Assembly: GCF_964194025.1 (NCBI RefSeq)
Contig: NC_134481.1
Span: 35,092,001 to 35,156,000 of the forward strand
Reading direction: 5' to 3'
DNA: 64,000 nucleotides
DNA from: Convolutriloba macropyga
Lineage: Eukaryota
The notes beneath the pieces were generated by a model that was not told where the DNA came from, ran no database searches, and saw only the letters and a program-made list of their open reading frames with translations. The translations under genes were made by a program, and so were the position numbers. This document shows, one piece after another, positions 34,301 to 49,300 of the stretch. Every line of letters starts with the position of its first letter. The first letter of the stretch is position 1.

Positions 34301-37300
34301 GAAGACTAATTGGTGCTCAAACCCTTTACGGCCTACTAATAGCCGCAATAGCTTCGTAGATCTGCAGTCTCAAAAAAACAGTAAAACAGACAGACCAAAA
34401 AAATTCGTCTTTTCATTGAAGGCTGATATGTTGTATTTTGATTAAAAATCTGTATAAGTATTTGCTGCCTCTATTAGCTGCTCTGTAATAACCTTAATTT
34501 ACAGTGACACACACCCATTTGACCTTATCTCTTTGAATTGAAGTAAATAAAAGTCAATTTCGAAAAGAGGAAGTCATTTTTGTGAGTGAGGTAAGTCAAG
34601 TGTGACCAAAAATTTAATCAAGCAAATGAACAAAAAACTCTCTCCACTAAGACCAAAAATGACGTCACGCACGCACTTCAGTTGAAATTGCATGAACGAA
34701 TGAACAAAAAGCAGATTTGAAGTAGTTGTGACGTCATATGGTCGTAGCAAAAATCGCGACGACGAAGTAAAAAAAAAAGACCAAGAGAAGACCAATAATA
34801 GCCCCAGCTATCGCTGTGCGGCTATTAAAAGATTATAGTTAAACCATAGCCGTTAGTCTGCCGGAATAGCTGCAAAATAGACCTGCGTGCCGTATAGATA
34901 AAATAGATAAGACAGTTAGGCCGTAAACAGATAGATAAGAAGATAAATTTTTTATCGATGCCGCCCAAAAACATTCAGCGATTTGAAAAATAAGTTTTGA
35001 AAATTCACTACCTGGAAGCCTTTTTAATAGTAAACATTATTAAACACATGAGTTCCTTTGATCTTGAACTAATTCAAAAACTACGTGCCCCGCACTATAG
35101 CTACACTGAAATTACAGCTTCACAGCTGTAAAACAATTACACAAATTCCAGCGTTTTCATTGAACTTTTAGTAAGGAAATTCTTCCACTTGAGTTCAGCT
35201 GCTGACACTTGTGAATGAGAAATTTAGATCACGCAAAAAGAAAAAGTCACTCTGAAAGTCAGAACAACCAGGCAAACATTTCGCATCAAAAAGACAAACA
35301 ATAATTACAATAATTTACAATTTTACAATAATTAATTCATGTTCATTGAGAGCAATTATAAATGGGCCAAAGTTTGCTTTAACATAATCAAATTCTTTTA
35401 CAAATTCCATTCCGAAAAACAAGTCTAATTAACACCAATTAACCAAAACGCCACCAATTCTACTAAAAACACAATTGTTAACATAAACTAATCGAGCAGA
35501 AGAGACAGATTGCCAGAAAAAAGCCGCCGTTGATTCCCATAACCAGGACTGGGATTGAAAGAAGAGAAAAAACTAATTTAAAAAATGATTTTTGCACAAA
35601 CAATTTTAAAGTGCGAACTATTTTTAAGTCAGTTTTGAGCTGAACAAACTCCTGTTTCGTAGTGAGACGACCAAGGGGCTAGTATCAATACCAATAGGCA
35701 TTAGAGATGGTAACTAAGAACAAAGTTCGAGCAACAGGTATCGAAAATTGGGCTTTGTGTTTATCACGTTTCGATTTCGTTTTTTGATACTGACTCTGTT
35801 TTTAATTGCTTTGCTGAGCAACTGCTGTCTAAAAACGCTTTTATCAGAATGAGAGAAGAGCGAAACTAAATAGAACGACTAAGTAAAGAAAATCAGAGCG
35901 CCATAATAGCCTGCTGTGAAGCTGAGGCGGCTATTCAACATAAACCGACTACTATCGCTCCGACTAAACCGACTACAAATTGCTTTCAAACGACAGGCGG
36001 GTCACTTTAATGCAGAGACGGCTACTAATTTTTAATGGGAGCAGAAAATTCCGAATAAGCAGGTATTCGATACCCAGAACTCCGCTGTAACGGACCAGAG
36101 CATCAACCTCTCAGCTATCACGTGAAATCAACCGTTGAACGTCGGGCGAACCGCTCTCAAACGACCGGCGAGCGGTTGGCTTCGTCAATAGCTAGCTAGC
36201 CACGGTTTAGTGAGGCTAACATTAGCTTTATTGATGGGTTGTGAGCGCAGCGGCGGGGGGGGGGGGGGGTAGCAGGGGACGGGTGAGGCAACGGTGGGTT
36301 TTTGGCTGCACGAGGCCCTTGCGGCCTGAACGATTTGCAGGGTGCGTATTGGGGGTGAAGTCAGAGGGGGGCTGATTTGGGGCCCCCTCTGTTTCTGTGA
36401 ATAGCATACTTGGAGACTAGTGAACTGTTTTTGAGCTTGAAAAATCAAATGGGTCAGACGAAAAATCGGTCAAGCGAAAAATCGCATAAAAAAGACCGAC
36501 ATGACTAATATAATTGCTCCAAACTTCTTTTGAGAGCAATTAAAAAAGAGGAGCGCTATAATAGCCGGCTGAGAAGCTGGGGCGGCTATTTAAAATTCTG
36601 AATAAGATACCAACCGACTGACGTCGGGCGAATTGCTCTTAAACCACCGGCGAGAGGTTGGCTTTGTCAGTAGCTAGCTACGTTTTAGTGAAGCTAGTTT
36701 TAGCTTAATTGAAGGGGCGCTATGTCGTCGCAGTGGAGGGGGGATGCTGATGGGGGACAACGGTGGTGGGGGTTTTTGGCTGCACGGGGCCCATACGGCC
36801 TGAATGAAGTCCAGGGGTGGGGATTGGGGGGTGGTTAAGTGATAGCGAGTTGATGTGTGTGTGTGTGTGGGGGGGGGGGGGGGTGGGGACGTTGGGGGGG
36901 GGGTCAACCTCTAAGAGCCGCCCTTCACACCATAAGTATGAGTCTCCAAAACAGTTTCTGTGGACCGCATACTTGTAGACTAGTGAGCTGAAGGGCACTA
37001 AGAGCACTTGATGACCCCTGGGCGCTACTTGTTAACCCGTTTTTGAGAACAAAAAGTGAAATGCGTCCCCGACAAAAATTCGCTCAAGTAGAAAATCCCA
37101 TAAAAAAGACCAACAGGACTAACATAATTGCTGCTAACTTCGTTTGGGAGCAATTAATAACTGCTCTGAAAAAACCGCACGTAATCAAAAATTCGCTTCT
37201 TTCGCAAAAACTTTTTCAAACCTGCTCTCAGAACATTGTGAAAACAGTCAATATCTCTTTAAATTCTCTAAAACAATTCTTTTTATTATAAAAAATAATT

Positions 37301-40300
37301 AGCTCCGCAATAATAGCCGGCCAGCTGAGATGCCGAAATAATAGCCGGCCGCCTATTAAACAACCAATTGAAGTCTTACAAAATACTCTCAAACAACGCG
37401 CGCTAGGTTGACGGCTGACAACAGTGCTTCAGAGAACTGGTAACACAAATCGCATACAGAGATCATCAGGATTAAATAATTGCCTCTGACTTTGATCGAC
37501 CGCAATTACTAATATCAAAATTTTAATCATTAAGATTTTTAAAGATTAGCACAATAGGGATCCTGCTTGCAGTTACTATCACCCAGCCTAATTTGATATC
37601 CTAACAAAAATTTACCCTGACGAAATCTCCCCCTCAACCAAAGAAAACTAGGATTAGAGTTAAAAATCAACCTTCTTTCCCCAAGTGTTAAAAAGTCAAA
37701 AAGTAGCTGACAAAAAAACATAGCTGACTAACTTCGCGTGAATTGCTCTCAAACAATTGGCAAGATGCTGATAATTGAAATTGTGCCTTAATGAGGTAGC
37801 TTAGTCCTAGCATTCAGAGGGGCATTCTGGAGTTTAAAAAGTGCCACATGCTTAAAAAGTGCCACAGACTTCCTCTTACCAACAAATTTCCGCTCTTTGC
37901 ACTTCTTAGAGACGCAAAAAAAATCCAAGAAAACTACCGCAATTTAATGCCTTTGAGCTTTACCAGTTTATACAGTTTTTTCAACGAAAAAAACAAACGG
38001 TCAGATGAAAAATCGGTTGTACGAAAAACCGCATTAAGAAGAAATACCAACAGGACTAATATAATTGTTACGCCATTGGTTTGAGAGCAATCAATGAACA
38101 AAAGGAATGTGATACACAAAGGGAATAAATTGGTAGCCAGGGAATAAAAATACAATTCAGTGGCATTTCTATTAACAGTAGCTAAACTGGAAAAATAGAT
38201 AAGTCAATTCTTCTCATATCATCGACCTTGCACAGCTAACAAAGTTCCACTGGCATTTGATTAAAAGGTACTACATCTTTATGCAAATTATTTTAATAGA
38301 AATTTTGAGTTAACAAAGCGTCAAAGTAAGTTGGGTTGGCTTTTAAACAATAAAAGAAAAGATGAATCGCTTCAAACCATGTACGATAGAAAAAGAAAAC
38401 AAAAAATAAGCAACACACACAAACTACTTACATGAACTAGCGGTGCACTGTCTTAATGAAATTCAGAGGCATGGATTAAGCAGAAGTCATCTGGACCCTG
38501 GAGGGTTTGTGCGAAAAGCGAAGATTTTGAATGTTTGTTTCATAGCTTCAAGCATCAAATTTGTGATATAGTTTGTAATTTAATGAAGCAAACTTAGACG
38601 CCATTACGACGTTTCTTTGTTAACACCAATTAAACTGCTTTTCATCTGGACTAGTAGGTTTCATCAAAATGATTATACAACCATTATCTGATTTCCAGAT
38701 CTTCAGTACTATCGTATTTTGGACCTATCTTGATGGTCGGGCAACAAACTCAAAACTATGTTAGTCACAAAAATGCCTCAACTTAACTTAAACAACAGGC
38801 GGCTACAAACTTGATCTCACTCGAATAAACTGCTTACTTCATTAATGTACCTAAGAAAACCGATGAAATCTGATAACGTCTTCTTTGAAAATTCTTTAGT
38901 GGAATCAATTACAATTATTCTGACGAGCCACAGAATTTCTATTTCATTCTATTGAAACAGTGCGTCACGGCAAATTATATAAATCAATAAAAACGATATA
39001 TACTAAACTAATAAATCCTGAGAAACGAGAAACCAAGAACAAAATCAATATGTGATCATATTCCTAAAAACCTACTTGCAAAATTTAGTTCTATTAATAC
39101 TTCGTTTGAGAGCAATTAAACAGTCAGACGAAAAAACGCAGTACGAAGAACTTGATAAAAAAGAACAAGAGCACTAAAACAAATGCTACAATCTGTGTTT
39201 GGGAGTAAGTAAAACTATCAAAAAAACATTCAATTATTTCAGAAAAATCCACTTTAAAGGTATTTTGAAAAAATCACGCTTCAAACCAACTCGCTTTTTT
39301 CGCTCCCTTTACTCCAGCCTGAATAAAATCACCACTCAAATCTGACTTCTCACAGACGCGGAAAGGCCGAAAAATTTGAACAGATCTTAAAATAGACAGC
39401 GCACCAATATAATCCAAAGACTTTTTAAGGATGAACACTATAATAGCCAGCTGAGAAGATGAGTCGGCTATAAAATAAAACTAACTAAACAACAAAACTA
39501 GAAAGTATGGAGACATTTTTTAAATAGATAAAAAGCAAGCATTTTCTCTCTAAAAACAATCTAAAAATGATTGACGCTGTTTGACACTGGACTTTCTCGC
39601 AGTTACTCATAGTAGTGCATGAAAAAAAACCATTCTATTCATCTCTGCTATTGAATTTCAGCGAATAGACATCAGAATTTGTTTTCACGCGCGACAACGA
39701 AATTTACATGCTGCATCACTGGACAGATTTAAATAAGCATAACCGACTAACGTCGGGCGAATTGCTCTCAACGACCGGCGAGCGGTTGGCTTCGTCAGTA
39801 GCTAGCCATGGTTTAGTGAGGCTAGCTTTAGATTAATTGAAGGGGCGTAAGGTAACCGCAGCGGGGGTGCACCGCAGCGGGGGTCCAAAAGTGCATTGGT
39901 GGGAATGATGTGGGGGCGGTGTGTGGGTGGTGTCTGGGATCAATTTCTAAGAAATGCGCTTCGCACCATTAGTATAAGTCTCCAAAAGAGTTTCTGGTAA
40001 TTTCATACTTGAAGATTAGTGGGCTGAACGGCTATAACAGACCTTAATACAAACTGGGCGCTAGCTCTTTATCCCGTTCGTGAAAACGAAAGTCAAATGG
40101 GTCAGACGAAAAATCGGCCGACCGAAAAATTGCATAAAAGACAAACAGGATTGATATTTGCAACAAAATGCTTTTGAAAGCAATTTAGAATGATTTCCTA
40201 AAAAGTTCCTGTTAACTCATGTATGATAAAAACAATACTACTATAACTCACTTTTAATGAGGATCAGATATGATGACACTACGCTGCAGTGCGGCATCAA

Positions 40301-43300
40301 CAAAAAGAGAGAGAGAGAGAGAGAGATAAAACGTGAACGAGAAAGAGAAGAAAACAAATCCTAACCGACAGAGAGATAAAAAGAGATAGGAATATATTCC
40401 ATGATGGTGTTCGACTCGGCAACTTTAGTTTTCTAGCCCTGTTAGTAAATAAATCTTATAGAAAATGAAAATAAGGCAAACTTATAAAATAAGTATTCAA
40501 ATTCGCAGTAAAAAAAGTTTGAAACAATTTTTTGTCTCAAAACTTCTGTTAAGTATCTCATCTCCAAGACTTAAAAAGTTTCGTTGGCCAGTAATGGTCG
40601 TTAAACCCAGAAAAGAACCAAAAAATATTAAAAAACTTTGGAAACAATTGCAAATTTTAACAGAATCTTGCTTAAAATCAAGACATTAATACTTTAAGAA
40701 CCATTTCATTGTCTCAAGAGACTATCCAGTATCCCTGTTTCAAGACCGAAATAGTTTCACTGGCTCATAAAGATCCATACACTTGGAACATGGTAAAATT
40801 TTTCCAAAGATTTAAAAATTAAATTTTATCAACAAATTACTAAAATTGGAGTCATAAAAAGTATTGATCACCATCCCATTAACTCTAGAAACTATGCAGC
40901 GGCTTATTATCAAACCTTGGAGGTGGTTCCAGGCCCCCTGGTGGAAGAAAAAAATTCAAACCTGAAAAAATTGCATATAATTTTAAAACCTGCTTAAATT
41001 CGTGCTATTAAAATCATGACAAACATTGCATTACATCTCTAAGCTATTCTGTAACATATTATCAAAACCTAGAAGAAGTTCCCTGGCTCTTGAAGCTAGA
41101 GAAAGCTAAAAAAAATGACAAAAAAACTTCAAAATTTTAAGTTTTACTAAAAAGTGCTAAAAATTGTGATATTAAAACTTGAAAATTAATCCATGAGCAA
41201 CAAAAATTTTCCAGTAACTTATTATCGAAGCCTAACGGAGGTTTTCTGACCCGTGAAGCTCAAAAAACCTAGATAACGACTGTCAAAAAATTGAAAAAAT
41301 GGGCAAAAATTGTCAAAAAAAAAGCTAAAATTCGTGAATAGAAAGTCTTGCAAGACATTCCATTGCAAATACAAATAATACAGTAACCTATAGGAGGTAA
41401 CCAAACCTTAGAGGAGGTTCCTTGGCTCTTGAGGCTGAAAAAACCTAAAGAACGGGAAAATCTGGCAAAAACTTGAAAAGCAAGTTTTAACAAAAAATCG
41501 CTAAAATTTGTGACATTTAAAAGCTGAAAAACCATTCCATGGACAATAAAAAATTGTCACTAAAATATCATGAAACCCCTTAGGATGTTTTCTGGTCCCA
41601 GGGTTTAGAAAGACCTGAATACGGCAAAATGTCAAAAAAATTTTACGAAAATGCACGTTTTGTTAAAAATGATAAAATTCGTATGTTAAAATGTTGAAAC
41701 CATTCCATTACCACTAGATACTATGCAGTAACCTATTACTAAAATCTAGAGGAGGTTCCTTGACACCTAGGACTGATAAAAATTAAAAAAAATGTCAAAA
41801 ATTTTCAAAAAGCGAGAAAATTGCAAAATAGTATAAACTTGCGTGTTTTTAGCGAGCGGTTGTTCGTCAGTAGCTAGAAACGGGAGGGGGCGGGGGTGCA
41901 CCGAGGGCTGATGGGGGCGGGGTGGGGAATCAGTGGGGTGGGGGTGGGGGTAACAGCGTGCGGGGGGAGGGGTGGGGCAATAGTGGGGGGTCAACAGTGG
42001 AGGGGTTTTCAACCTCTAAGAACCGCCATTCACACCATAAGTATAAGTCCCCAAAACCGTTTGAGCTGAAACAGGACTGAAAGGGTTTAAGAGCACTTAA
42101 TGTCCTCTAGGTGCTACCTGTTTATCCCGCTTTTGAGAACGAAAGGAAAAAAGCGTCAGACGCGAAAAAGCGCAGTAAAAAAAGACCGACCGGACTAATA
42201 TAATTGCTACAAACTTCGTTTGAGAGCAATTAATCAAGCGAATATCGAATCGTAATAAAAGAGATTAATAATAGGTCCAAACTATTGCTTGATAATTCGT
42301 CATGTCAAGTCAGTTGGAGGCAAGCAGTATCTGGTTTCATTTCTCATCTCATTTCACGGAGAACGTTACTTTCCGGCATTTTATATCCGTTATTTTGTAC
42401 CGATCAGAGAAAAACTGCGTAGGAGCCAATGATTTGTTCAGATTTGAGGTGTGAAGAAATGTAAAACGAAAAAAAAACTCCAGACGACGAAACAAACCAA
42501 CCAAGAGCACCGCAATATAGCTCCTCTCAGCCTACAGCTTCGCAGCTATAATAACTTCAACTGAGGTTCAATATTATTGAACTGCAAATTGTACAAATCA
42601 ATTTCTACTCTTCCGTTTCTGTTCGTTTGTTTTTAACATTGAGAATGAAATTCTGCTCAGCTGAAACTAATAATCTGCATGCACGATAACGATAACAATT
42701 TTGACAGACTTAGCTGTCAGATTAATAGAAAATAGCTACGATAGTTTTGTAGACATGCAGTCTCAATAAGATGATAAAAGATAGCAGGAGAAAAAATCAA
42801 GTTTTTCTTAACTAATAACGGAGATGTCACATTTTGATTTTGAAGATACTTGGGTGTTGTTTCTATAGCTGCCCTCAAAGAAACTTCAACTAGAAAGAAG
42901 TACAAATACTAAGTTGGCCTTATCTCCGTGAATTAAAGTAAGGAAAACAAAATTTGAAAATCGAGGAGTCATTTTTGAGAGTAACTTCTGACCGAAAACA
43001 ATCATACGAAAAAAATCGCCCCACCAAGAGTATAAAATGACACTTCAATCCGTCAAAATTTCATAAATTAATAAACAAAAAGCACATTTGAAGTAATTGT
43101 CACGTCGTTTGTTTGTTACAAAAATCTTGACGACGAAATAAAAAACATAGCGAGACAGGTCCTGAAACCAAAAAACAACTATGAATTGACTTGGAATTGA
43201 CTGTGAAAACAATTTGCTAATGAGAAAACTTAAAAATAACAGCCGTTGAGAGGCTGAAGGCGGCTAGTAAATAGAAAAAATTCAAATTTCCGCATGCGAA

Positions 43301-46300
43301 CAAAAATCAGCTGTTCCTTTATGCGAGAATACAGGGGCTGATATCTATACAAACAACCATTAGACCTAATTAAAACAAAGTTTGAACACCGTACATCAAA
43401 AACTTGGCTTTATTGGTTTATCCCATTTTTATTTTCGATTTTGTTTATTTTGGATTGCTCTGCTGAGCAACTGCTGTTCAAAAGGTCGTTCAGCAGAATG
43501 AAAGAAAAACGGAAGTAGCCTAAAGAATTTAAAACTAAGGCACGCAAAATGTCAAAAAAGCGGTAAAGGAAGTGAAGCGAAAAAAATTTGTGTCTAGCGA
43601 TGTAAAAAGTAAAAAAAAAACATAGCCGGAAGCACTCAATAAACAATTCGAAGTGTCGTCTCCACCGAACACGTAGCCTATGCCTAACTGTTATCTAATA
43701 GACCAACTGGAGAAAACCAGAAAGGCAATTTTAGTACATATAACAACGATATGCTTTCTCTCGTGAAATTGAAAAACATTAATTGGGCACACTAGACTGC
43801 TGCAACCATATTAAGTGCTAAATTCTCTAATTCCAAAGATATTAACAAAAACCGCAAAAAAACATTACATTTTTCTCGATTTTTGATCATACTTTTCGAC
43901 AGAAAACTGCCTTATACCTGCAATCAAGTTGGAATCAGTAAGCAAATGTTTGTAGGCAATTAAAACAAAAAACCGATTGAAAAAGCCTCACGGAACAATA
44001 ACAAATTTGCGAGTTTCGATAACATTTTATCCACACCCCAATTTCTTGATCTCTCGAAAACAAAACTCTCCGGCTTTGTTCAACACTCTCCAATTCTCCT
44101 CTGCGAGTCTCAAAAACTGGGAGTGCTAACAAGTCTTGTTTTTCAAAACTGGTGGAATGAACGCCCAAGTGACAAAATAAATTTTCGTTCTCAGCAAAAC
44201 TAAGACAATTCACATGTACCAATTCCTTATATCAAAGCCTCGTGACGTAACTCCAGAAAAGCTCGAAAAGATTGGCAACTTTTATAAAATACACACCTGG
44301 TGATTATACCAGCGATTTGAGTCTTTCCGCCCACTTCGCTTTGCAAATTTGTTCTACTAGGCGAAGCTGCACTTGGTAGACAGCCAAAGAAAGATGCAAT
44401 GATATCCACGAATCCCAGTGCCACCAGTTCTTGACTATTGTGGATGGCATAATTGTGCTTCTGGGCCAGAAGTTTTGCAAGAGCTAGAGATATGGCGAAA
44501 GAGACTAGAGCAATAGGAATCGCGGATGAAATGAGGTTTCCGACTATCGAAGGGTTGTCTACCAGAATTGTGATTTGATTAATTGACGGAAGCGGGAATC
44601 CTGTGGGAACGTCACCAATAACCTGCAAAAAAGAACTAACAATTGGAGAATAGGGAGCAGAGTTTCACAAAAGACAATTTTTAAAAGGCAGTAAATAGTT
44701 TGAGGGATAACCACACTATGACTGTAAATAAGACACCGGGTTTTAGATTACCGAATTTTGACGGGAAACTACAAATCTGGTCTCTTCATTTTAGCAACAT
44801 TAGTTTAACCTAGAATCTTTGCATTGCCGTTTCGTATATCTTTCTTGGTATAGATATTTTTCAAGATACTAATGTTCTTTCTGCGTCATTTGATGTTTTG
44901 AAGTCCCTAGGAAAATTTTGTACAACCCATTGCCACTGTAGCAAGTATATCTCAATAAAAAAATTTAAAAAAGATCGCAAGATGAGAATTTTCTGTTTTT
45001 CTATACTATTTGCTGAGCTGTCACATTTTGAATTAGAAGAAACTGTATAACTTATGTGTTGTTTCTATATCGGCCCTCGAGTAACTTTCAAATAGAAGTA
45101 CATATACAGTCAGTTGACCTTGCCTCCTTCACTTAAAGAAAGCAAAAGTCATTTCAAAAGTGAGGAGAGTAATCTTCGAGATTGAGGTAAGCCACATATG
45201 ACCGATTCACTAATAATGATGCCACGCATGCAATTCATTCAAAATTGCATGAAAGAATTAACAAAGGGCAAAATGCGAGGAACTTCATTTCCCGGCATTT
45301 CGCAGAGATAACCCACTTGTAGAATGTTATCTTGAAAAACAAAAATATTTTGATGGACAGAGATGTCAGGAGTTAGCCTCTCTAAAAATTTTAAACTCCG
45401 CGACCCGAAAGACACATTGCAAAACATCAATCCCATGAAAATCTTAGAACAGAATTTTTTAAAAATAAGAAATTTTAGGTACCAAGAAAACAATAAAAAT
45501 TCGGTTTCAGCATAAAAAATGAACTGAGAGTTAGCTGTTTTTGGAAAAATCCTTGAAAAAATATATTCAATCTACGGCAAAACTAAAATTTATCAGGAAC
45601 TGGACAAATAAAAGAAATAGGAAATACAAAGCAAAGCAAACAAAAACCAAAGTTTTGACAACTATTTGTAATAGACAATTGTGAAAAAAAGCTGCCAAGA
45701 ACTAATTTGAGAAGCTAATGCACACACCGAGAAAATTAGAAGGGAAAAGGATCTTCATAGATTACAAAAACAAAATAGCCAGCAGACTGCCAGAATAGCT
45801 GCGAAATAGTCTTGAGTGACCTAAAAAAAAAAACAAATATAAAGATACAGAAATGAGTTTAAACAGAAACTTTAACTCTATCATTGAGAACATTTTTGTT
45901 GCAAAACGTTTTGAGAACGAAGAGGTTCGAAACCTAATCCCTGAGGTACAAAAATAACCATAAAGCTATTACGCCCATGATACAGTTTATCTTACAATCG
46001 AATTTGTTTTAGCAACAGACAATTTCAGAATGCTCGCAATTTAGGTCACGCAAAAAGCAAGAAATCAAGCGTGAAAAATTCACTGAAAAACTCAAGATGA
46101 AACAAAAAATCGAGAGGACCGACTGCAATATAGCTACTCTCAGCTTACTGCTTCCCTACTATAACTACAAATTAAAGTGTAAATGAATCACATAACAAAT
46201 AAGTGACAAAGAAAAATTCTCTCCTTAGTCTTACTGCTTCAGTTAATTCACTTAGCGATTTCTGTCAAAATAAAAATTGAAAACTAAATTCAAAGATTTG

Positions 46301-49300
46301 AAACATTAAAATGAACAGATCAAAATATTAAAATACCGAATTTAAAAACATAACCGACTAACGTCGGGCGAATTGCTCTCAAACGACCGGCGAGCGGTTC
46401 GCTTTGTCAGTAGCTAGCCAAGTTTTATTGAAGCCAGCGCTAGCTTGACTCGACTCTTAAAATTTTGGTTTTCTAGCTTTGTTAGTAAACAAATCAAATA
46501 GAAAACTGATATTTAAAAAATTCGCAAATATTGCAAAATTTAAATAAAAAAGCTTCCAGATTTTGCAGTGAAAATGTTCACAATTATTTTTTCTCTCCTG
46601 AGTTATGTCAAGTAAACCATCTGCAAGACTAGAAAAAAATCGCTGGCCAGTAATGATAGTTAAACTGAGAAAAGGACAAAAACACTTGAAAACAATTGCA
46701 AATTTTAACAAAATCTTGCCAAAATTCAACACATTAAAATCTTCAAAACCATTCCGTTGTTTTAAGAGACTATCCAAATTCACTATTTCAAGCTTCAATT
46801 AGTTTTAATGGCTCAAAAACATCCATAAACTTGGAACGTGATAATAATTTTTGGAAAATTTAAAAAATTATATTTTATCAAAAAAGTGCTAAAGCTGGAG
46901 TCATTAAAATATTGATAACAATTCCATGAATCTAGAAACTATGCGACAGCTGTTCATGAAGCTTTGGAGCAGGTCCCTAGGATCCTGGTGCCGGAAAAAA
47001 TGATAAAAAAGTCAAAGATTCAAAAAAATTGAAAAAATTGGAAATAATTTTAAAAATTGCTGATCTTAAAATCTTGAAAACCCATCCACTACATCTAGAA
47101 GCTATGCAGTAACCTATGCTCAAACTCTAGAGGAGGTTTTGTGTTTATGTGGCTGTTGAGGTTGGAGAAAACAAGAAAATGACAAAAAATTTCAAAAAAC
47201 TTGAAAATTAGAAGTTGAAAAAAACTGCTAAAATTTGTGATAAAAGTATCAACTTATCCATGACCAACATACATTTTTCAGTAACTCATTATCAAACCCT
47301 AACGGAGAATTTTTGTTAGGCTGAAAAACCTGAAAGTATGACAATAATGGCAAATAAACTGACAATAGCGATAATAAACTGACAATAAATTCAAAAATTT
47401 GCAAGTTTTGTAAAAAAAAACAATGCTGAAATACGGGGTGCTGAAACCTGGAAACACATTTCATTACATTTAGAAGTTATACAGTAACTACTTTTGAACC
47501 ATAGAGGAGGTTTCTCGAGTCTTGAGGCTGGAGAAACCTAAAAACCAACAAAAACCTGAAAAAATTGCAAAATTTATCAAAAAAAATTGATAAAACTTGT
47601 CATATTAAAAAACTGAAAGCTATTCCGAGGCAAATAAAATTGTTTGAGTAACTTAACTTATTATCAAATCTCTAAGGACATTTTCTGGCCCCTGCGTCCG
47701 GAAAGAAGTGGATAATAAAATATAAATTTCGAAAAAATTGGAAAAATTTGCACGTTTTGTCAAAAAAAGGCTAAAATTCGGGATGTTAAAATGTTGAAAC
47801 CATTCCACTACCACTAGAAACTATGCAGTAACGTAATATAAAACCCTTGAGGAGATTTCTTGACACCTAGGCACCTAGGGCTGAAAAAACGCGAAAAATG
47901 ACAAAAAAATTTTAAAAAACTTGAAAAAATTTGTGAAAATTAGTATAAAATTGCGTGTTTTTAGCGATCGGTTGTTCGTCAGTAGCCACGGCAGGCGCGG
48001 GCGGGGGGGGGGAGGGGGGTGTACACCGGGGGTCTGATGGTGAGGGGGGCGTGCAACAGTGGGGTGGGGGGGGGCAACAGCGCCGTGGGGGGGTGTTGGC
48101 AATAGGGGGGGGGGGGGGGTCAACAGTGGGGGTGTCGTCAACCTCTAAGAACAGCCCTTCACAACATAAGTATTAAGTCTCCCAAGCAGTTTGAGCTGAA
48201 ACAGAGCTGAAAGGCTCTAAGAGCACTTAATGCCCGCTGGGCGCTACCTATTTATCCCGTTTTTGAGGACGAAAAATGAAAAGCGTCAGACGAAAAATCG
48301 GTCAAGCGAAAAATCGCATTAAAAAAGACCGACAGGACTAATATAATTGCTACAAACTTCGTTTGAGAGCAATTAAAAATATTGAATTTCAAACACTTCC
48401 CACCAAAAAAGAAATGCAATAAAGAAGAGGTTATGCTAGTAAACCGAACAAAAAAATATGATAAAACCATCGAAATTGGTTTTGTATACGTACAAACTTA
48501 TAAAAGAGAACACCTCGGGTCAAGAACCAAGCAAATTAATGATGGATTTGTTAAAGGTGCTTACTTTAAAGACCACTAGACTTACTTTCGTTTTAGGTCA
48601 AAACTCCACCTAAATACAGTACTTCGTCGTAAAAACGAAGAGAAGACCAATAATAGCTCGCTACCGCAGCTATTAATAATTAACTGTCCACTCACATCTA
48701 ATCCGTACTTGTCATGGAAATCGGCGAAATGTGAGATGATAGTGGCTGCGATAACAAGTATAAGCTCCATGGGAACAGGCACTCCCTTCAGTTTGGACTT
48801 GAACTTCTCCAGCAGAAACAGAGAGACATACAAGACAATGCCAGCGCACAGTCCAAACACCAGCGAGCAAATGTTGGTCTTGGAAATATTCAGAAGAATA
48901 TCTAAAATTTAAAAACATTTACGGAATAGCACTACAATATAAAGACAATATAATTCTTTGATTCAAATATTATAAAAGTACAATTTCAATCAAAGGCTGA
49001 AATATCATTAAATTTTTTTATGATTCTTTCAACAATGCCCCACTTGTTCCGACTCCCCTTAGTGGGGGAAGAACTATATGCTCAGCTGTTTTTTTGTTCA
49101 GCCAATTTTGGTCAATCAATATATCCATCGTAGAAAGTTGTGAGTGATACCATTAGAAAGCCCGCCCAGAGTAAAAGAAATAGTTAAAAGACTTTTTTAA
49201 ATTTCGTGCACTTGCAAATTAGTCTCAGCAAAGAGGTCCCTTTTTCTAGTGAGTTAAAATTTCGTCTTTATTGGGGATCAATGTTTGTATTTTTTTTTTA

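Noticed and set aside
25288-36122. Functional tRNA genes at 25288-25350 and 36055-36122
   Set aside because: A/B-box-like motifs are present but the cloverleaf stems do not pair properly. Reported only as possible SINE heads.
36185-48176. Proline-rich or glycine-rich ORFs (36185, 36674, 41767, 47875, 47955)
   Set aside because: They are translations of the G/C-tract cores of the HINE-like repeats.
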